Below are positions 43,810-64,000 of a stretch of 64,000 bases of DNA, in pieces. Every line of letters starts with the position of its first letter. The first letter of the stretch is position 1. Source of the DNA: Macrostomum lignano. Its lineage: Eukaryota. The notes under the pieces are model-generated. The model was not told the origin of the DNA. It did no database searches and saw nothing but the letters and a program-made list of their open reading frames with translations. The stretch lies in assembly GCA_002269645.1 (NCBI GenBank), contig NIVC01000909.1:180258-244257 (forward strand), given 5' to 3'. Made by a program: the position numbers and the translations under genes.

Positions 43810-46010
43810 GTACAAAGCATTGGTGGGGGGCAATGCGGGTGACGCCGCAAGAAAAAACAAAAACAAAGTACGCAGCCCCACATGCAATGTGACAAGGTCA
43901 CAGTTAGCTCGTAGAGCAGGGTGCGTCAGATGGCGCGCTGCAGAGCCTGAGAGCGGACGAAGTCCGCCCCGTTGGCAGTGTCGGGCGCCCCGGCGTCGCG
44001 TAGGAGGCAGTCGTATCGCGACGGGTTTGGGCCTGACCCTGCCTGAACGGGCCCTGCAAGGTGAGCAGCAGAACGTCCTGAATAGGTTGGGGCAGAAGCC
44101 CTCGGCCCGGATTACGTGACCCGCCAGTTGAAGTCGCCGCCGGCGCATGCTGATGGACGGGCGCTGCAGCTTGGCCCGATCGTGTAGGGCCTCGGTCCCG
44201 ACGCTCTCATCAGCTCGAAAGGCCGCACAGCCCTGAGTGCGTCGAGTCCAGCTGCCGCTCTAGCGTAGCCGTCAGCGTCCACATCTCGTCGTTGTTAGAG
44301 TAGGACGGTTTCGACCACCGCCTGCCACAGCCGAGCCCTCTGGCGGTCGGGCAGCGCTTCGGACTGGACGACAACCCGGATCGAACGGAAGACCGCCCAG
44401 GCAAGTCCTCTGCGCCGCCGGAGGTCTTCCTCCACGTGAGGCACCAGACCGCCGAGGTAGGTGAACCGCTGGCAGCGTGCGAGCCTGGTCGTCTGCCCGT
44501 CTGCACCGCGGCACGTCAGGTCCGCCGTGATGTCGTCCCTGTCAGCACCTCGGTCTTCAGAGTGTTGTCAACCAGACCGATTCTCGATGCCACCTCGACC
44601 AGCCTGTCGATCTGGTGCTGGGCGCCTTAAACGGACGAGGACAGGAGGGCGAGGTCGTCGGCGTAGCCAAGCACGCTCAGGCGACCGATACGTCTGCGCA
44701 GCAGGAAGCCGTCGTCAGCCGAGGGGAGTGCGGTCCGAAGCACCAAGTCCAGCAGCAGCACGAAGAGGAACGGCGCTAGCGTGTCGCCCTGCAAAACTCC
44801 TGATGAAGTATCGAACAGGTCAGACAGGCCGTCCGCCGTCACCACAGCAGCTCGAGTGTCGCGATACAGCGCCATGAAAGCGTCGATTAGCTGCTGGGGT
44901 ACCCGGTAGGCTCGAAGGACAAGGGAAGCGCGGCTCTCAACACCGATTCAAACGCCTTTTGAAAGTCAAAGAAGACAATGATCAGCGTAGACTGGCGGAT
45001 GCGCGCCTCCTCGATGACCCGGCGGAGTTCGAGGATCTGTGTCACTGTACCGCGTTGCGGCCGGAATCCGTTCTGCTCGTACCGCAGGTACGGGTCCAGC
45101 ACCGACTGCAGACGATCGAGCAGCAGCCTGTTGAAGAGCTTCGCGGCGCAGGACATCAGCGAGATCCCGCGGTGGTCTTCTTTCCGCGTTGTCCCTGCCT
45201 TCATCGGGATTGGCACGATGTGCACGACGGTCCACTCGGTAGGCGCGGGGGCGCCGGTGAGCACGCGGTTCATGACGCCTGTGACCTGGGAGGCCACACA
45301 GCGGATTGAGCCGCAGCGCTTCGACCGGAACTTCGTCGCGGCCGAGCGCCTTGCCGCCTGATGTTTTCCGAGCGAACAGCAACGTCCTCCGTGGTGACTG
45401 GGCTGGTGAAGAAGTCCTCCTCAGCTGGGAGCGGCGTGTCAAGAGAGAGCGCAAAACTGGCAGGAGCGGCAACGCGCGGGCGCGTTCACGATGCCGGGAA
45501 AGAAGTCGCGCAATTCATTCCTGCGCTCCTCTGGGGTGTCGCCGGCCAGATTCAGCGCCACGCGCTTTCTGCGCCCCGTCAGGGTCCGGACGGCCGTTCA
45601 CACTGCCCGCGGCTCTTCACGTCGGGGCCGGCTGCAGTGATGGACCGGAAGGCGTCGTCGACAGCGGCTTGCTGCCGCTCATCTGAGAAAGGCGTCTTCA
45701 GCGTCGCCCGTGGGCCGCCGGTTTCTGCGGAGTCGCTCGATGTTGAGCCGCGTCTGCTTGATGGTCGGGTCGCTCTGCCAGACAGGCAGCGATTTCTGCG
45801 CTGGCCGCATCAGCGGGCCCATCTGCTCCGCAGCGGCTCTAGCGGCGGTGCTGATGTCGGAATACTCCGCCACGCACTGGTCTCCAAGCGCGCCGACGAA
45901 GGCACCCGCGAATTGACGCTTGACGCGGGTCTCCGACAGAGCACGAGGCCGCTGCTTTGGCGGTCGTTATAGAGCTAGGCATGGTCGTGGAGCCGCAAGT
46001 CGCACAGAGC
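43810..46010 (-). mobile_element. Decayed, 5'-truncated RTE-like non-LTR retrotransposon (RT pseudogene)
   Basis: HRGISLMSCAAKLFNRLLL, QNGFRPQRGT, DFQKAF, GVLQGDTLAPFLF, YADD and C-terminal RRRLQLAGHV motifs, split by frameshifts and stops; boundaries approximate. Confidence 0.9.
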
Positions 46011-46990
46011 CACAGATACTAGAACTAGATCTATAGTATCTGTGGGTCTGACCGAAGAGCCAGCAGAGCCATTGTGTCGCAGTTGGTGACGCGGCGGCGG
46101 CGCTTGCGAGTGCGAACCAGCGCATGATCGAGTTGCGCCAGTCTTCCCCGGCGTTCCGCCCGCATGCGTTCCGTCGCCTTCTTTGACGAAAAAAATAAGC
46201 ATTATTGCGGGAAAATCTCTCAGCAGCAAAATTTCGGGGGGGGGGGAAACATCGGTGGGCAAATCTCCTGAGGGAAAATCCCGGATGGGCAATTCATCTG
46301 GGGGAAATAGTCGTGCTTCCGTGCAATAGGTTAATACAACAGAGATAGACGAGATGACAATGCGTTAAAAAGTTTTCACTTGTTAATTGTAAAAGTTAGA
46401 TTTAAAAAGTCCTGAAATAATGCGAGTTTTGTATTAAAAAATAACTTTCCTCAGAAAATTCTTGCAAAACATAATCGTAGCGCTAAAAGTAAAAAAATTT
46501 TTGTTTAAGTAGGTCGGCCTTGGTGGCAATTTTTTTAGTTTTGCAAATCAATGATGAAATATCAGTTTCATTGGACAATTGAACTAAAATTTAGTTACCT
46601 AATAGAAAATTTAATTAAATTTATTACGTTATCGACTGCAATCAGGCAATCAGTCAATCATATAATATAATTATCTTGGATTCATCCACCATATAAATAT
46701 CGTATTTAGCACATTTAAGAAGCACTTTACTTTAAGTTTTTCTGTTGTAGGAGAATTTGGTTACAATAGGAATAGATAGAACTTCACTCTACTATAGTCC
46801 TAGTTAGTTTTTTCTTGAGGCCGAGGTTGCCGCAGAGGTTTTGATTTGTTGCTTATACTGTCCTATCGGAAACAGAATCTATAGAAAGCCTATTAGGCCT
46901 AGACCCTACCAATTAACTGACAGACTGGTTTAGTTTAAAACATTAATTTAATTAAGTCTTTCCTTTCCTAAATCCATTTAGCTCAGTAAA

Positions 46991-60172
<13,182 letters not shown>

Positions 60173-60330
60173 TCTGCTGGCCGCTACAGTTGATTGGCTC
60201 CCTGATTCTCAAATATTCGTGTTTAGTTTTAGGCTTCAGGTTTTCGCTGATGTCATTAATCATGACTTTTGCGAAATAGACTGAAACTACGAGTATTTTC
60301 TTTTGTTTGCCATTCCTGAGTTTAAATTTT

Positions 60331-60333
60331 CTG

Positions 60334-60386
<53 letters not shown>

Positions 60387-60521
60387 CAGTGTCTATCTGC
60401 CTGCCTGTCTGACTGTCTCTCTGTCTGTATGTGTCTGTCTGTCTGTCTGACTGTCTCTCTGTCTGTATGTGTCTGTCTGTCTGTCTGTGTCTGTCTGTCT
60501 GTCTGTGTCTGTTTGTCTCAG

Positions 60522-60618
<97 letters not shown>
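60331..60618. repeat. (TCTG)n microsatellite downstream of the MAPKAPK stop
   Basis: Direct reading. Confidence 0.95.
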
Positions 60619-62448
60619 TTCCATATGACCATTTATCAATCACTATGAACCCCCACTTGCCCATTGTGTAACCTCGTCCTCTGTTAAGACATTAGTACCT
60701 AATTATGCAGGGTTTGCCAATATTCATTAGTCAGCAGTTGGTACATTCTTTCTCATGTTTTTCTAATTTTGTTAATTTCGTAATGTTTTTACTCTATATA
60801 CTACTATATTATAGCTAGCACTAGGAATACGCTCGTAGAAATAAATTCTAGAAATAATATTTTAATCTAAAACAATATATAGATAATTAAGCACAGTTAC
60901 TAACCAATTTCTAAATAATGTTTTTTTCTTGTGCACTTTCTTACAGTTTAGTGCCTAAGATATCTATTCATTTGTTTTTTTACAGTGCTCTTTGCTATTT
61001 TGTTTCTGCATATTTTGTTATAATTAGTTCGTTGTATTTTCCCCCATTTTTGTACCCCATTTTTAAATTAGCTAAAATTTCACACAATTTAGCTAATGGA
61101 GAATTTGTTTCAATGACGCATAACTATTTTGTTAGTTTAGTTGGTTTAAGGCGGCTTTTTCGGGTTGGAAAACGTATTAATAATATCGAAATTCATTGGC
61201 ATGTGGCTAGATAAAATTAGATTTATTTGTTCTCCTGTAGCTATTACTATTCCGTAGTATAATTGCATGATAAAACCACCGCTTGTATCATTGTACATGC
61301 TGTCGTATAGTTGATACTAAACGACTCAACTATTTAGGCAATATAGCTTATTTTGTAGTCAGATTATCTCTCTGTATCGACTGCTATTCTTGTTATCAGT
61401 TTTTGTATGCACGAAGATAGACAGTTCGTTTCTGTTTCTTTGCACGCCTCTCTGCTCAGTTAATTATGTGAATTTCTATCATTGCCACTATAAATTTATA
61501 TACATATTTTTGGGACTACATCGCTTTCTTGTTTGTTAACTGTTTTTGCTGTTTATAGCTAGGCCAACTCTTGGGCTTGCGCCTTAACTATTGTAGAGTT
61601 AGTACCGTATTTTCAAATACAATTTAATTTTGTTTAAATATACTGCTACTATTCTAGAAGAGAACTTAATTCGTAAACTTTTTCTCGTCCTAACGTGCCC
61701 CGTGTAAAAAAACAGTTGATTAAGATATGACTTTCATAAAAATTTATACTTTCTTTTTGAAGCAACATTCGTCTTCTCTGTCTACAGCTCACTGCATAGG
61801 GAAACAAATAACATAGGCTACTTGTTTAAGCCGGTTATTTTTGTTTTATATTCTCAAGTTTTACCATTTTGACTCCCGTTCTATAATAAACGGATATATA
61901 ATTAATTTGTCCTTTGTCTGCACATTCTTTCCAAAGACTTAAGTTAAAGGAGGTTTCTAAGTTTTGTGGAAAATTTTAGAAGACAGGTTTTTACGAAAAA
62001 AATACACTACGTACGTAGATAGGAAGTTTTCATTTTTCAGCACAAAAATTGTTATTGCCATGCCACCGATAAGACCCAAAGCTAATATTTGATAATAAAT
62101 TTAACACTTATAGCTCAATTGATATATGCATGTAGCTTTAGTTCAGAAGATAAGGATTCTATGTTAATGTTTTATTCCACGTACATTGCTGTACCTAGTT
62201 AAAAAGCATAAAAATGCATAGGCGCAGGCGGTTTATGAATCTATTTTGCCATCTCTGTGCTCATATTGTTTATACATACACTCATGCTCATACAGTCAGG
62301 GATCATAAAATAGAATTCATAAGCCCATGATCCGAGGCGTGCAAGCAATTTTTTAATCTTATATTTTGAAGATTTTATATCTTTAAATCAAATTGCTTTT
62401 CTACATAGATGTCAGACCTTCCTTATATCGTTCGCTTAGAAAGTTTAG

Positions 62449-63146
62449 CAAGGACGACTTAAGTAGAAGGACGGGAAACCTCGTTTCTTAGAAAATTTTT
62501 GAAGGCACTTTTTCCCGAAAAAATACACTACGGAGATAGGAAATTTTCATTTTTTCAGCACAAAAATTGCTATTACTTTTGATAGGAGGCAGATCCAGTG
62601 CTCATCTTTTGATATGTTGTGCCTTTTTTATTGCTCTATCGATATTTATAAAGCTTTTTGTTCAGAAAATTAGGATTATATGTCAATTTTTTATTCTACG
62701 TACATTTCCTGTATCTGAAAATCACAAAAATGCATGACACAGCTCCAATATTTGCTTTTATAAACCTGTTTTATCATCTCTGTTACGAATATTTGCTAAA
62801 CAGTCAGTTAAGAATGATAAAATAGACTTCTAAAACCAAAGAGCCGAGCCGTGGCATTCTAATGTATTTCAATCACAAGACACGTGAAAATATACGGAGA
62901 ATAAAAAATTTACATAGAATCCTAATTTTCTGAACTAAAAGCTTTATAAATATCGATAGAGCAATAAAAAAGGCACAAAATATCAAAAGATGAGCACTGG
63001 ATCTGCCTCCTATCAAAAGTAATAGCAATTTTTGTGCTGAAAAAATGAAAATTTCCTATCTCCGTAGTGTATTTTTTCGGGAAAAAGTGCCTTCAAAACT
63101 TTTCTAAGAAACGAGGTTTTCCGTCCTTCTACTTAAGTCGTCCTTG
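62449..63146. mobile_element. Fold-back/MITE element, 698 bp, with about 250-bp inverted arms
   Basis: 62449-62702 is the reverse complement of 62891-63146 (end CAAGGACGACTTAAGTAGAAGGACGG); no coding capacity; a more diverged arm lies at about 61930-62140. Confidence 0.85.
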
Positions 63147-64000
63147 AAGTTTAGTTGCACGTTTAAATAGATGTACGGCCCAGACTCATTAATAAGAAAT
63201 GTATTTCTCATTAAACAAGTTATAGCAAAAATGCTGTAAAAATATTGAAAAAATTTTTCAAGTCATTCGAAACAAAAACAAATTACTAAAAATCAACAAA
63301 AAAAATTTGATCTTCCTTTGTTTGATCTTATTTAGAAATCTGTATCTTAGAAAACACAGCGGGCTTTCACTACACCCACCTACCTATTACACGAAGTCAT
63401 ACCGCATGTTGCGATTACTCTACGCAATAAGCAAAGATTGATTTAAAATTTATAGTAAAGATCTAAGTGAAAATCCTCATGAATTCATTTATAGCTTTAA
63501 CTGAATCATCTCAGGTATGTTAATGCAACAGTAGTATTTTTTATTTTTTTAAATAGTGATACTAGATACGCCACACTTAGAGACACGGCGGCCGTGTCTA
63601 TAATGCAGAAACTTATAGTATACACAGCGGCCGTGTCTCTAATAGTGACTGGGTCCATATTTATAGACTCTATCGATCTAGGTCCTATATCGATGGCTAT
63701 TAAGTTCCACTATTATTATTATTAATATTTTATAACACTTCTGTTGATCAGATAGGGCCTACATTTCTATTTTATATTATTTCACTATCATTTTGGCTTA
63801 TTCCATTTACATTTAGTTCAGTAGATAGACTATTATTGTATTAAGTCAGACAAAAAAAAATTTTCTTGAAAAACATAAATTATTGTATGAAATAAAATTC
63901 AATTCAAGAATATCAAAGCTAAGATAATTTTCTATTCCAAATGTGTAAACACAAGGGTTGATTTAAAAGTTTGGGCACTTTTGTAGCATTTTAAGTGTTA

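Noticed and set aside
44436-45972. Plus-strand ORFs of 100-200 aa over the retroelement
   Set aside because: Antisense shadows of GC-rich RT coding sequence.

Overview
Intron-rich, repeat-laden animal genomic DNA. The dense micro/minisatellites and GC-rich exons resemble a free-living flatworm such as Macrostomum, but the species cannot be proven from this window. I spliced the gene models by hand. From left to right: (1) an unrecognised multi-exon gene on the minus strand (about 2.1-7.5 kb); (2) an 8-exon metabotropic glutamate receptor-like class C GPCR (minus, 13944-31171) whose predicted last exon encodes a CX2CX4HX4C zinc-knuckle pattern and a PDZ-type end; (3) a 4-exon aminergic class A GPCR with a tail of about 630 aa (minus, 33383-37353); (4) an intact, intron-containing PDX2/SNO (minus) and PDX1/SNZ (plus) pair, head-to-head with 669 bp between start codons, encoding a complete DXP-independent vitamin B6 (PLP) synthase, which most animals lack; (5) a decayed RTE-like non-LTR retrotransposon; (6) a 6-exon MAPKAPK2/3-like kinase (plus, 46991-60172) with a one-base frameshift and a 9.9 kb CpG-depleted first intron holding Tc1/mariner elements. 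Also present are a hAT MITE, a tRNA-derived SINE, fold-back MITEs and about a dozen 20-23 bp minisatellite arrays. Most long ORFs in the supplied track are repeat artefacts.
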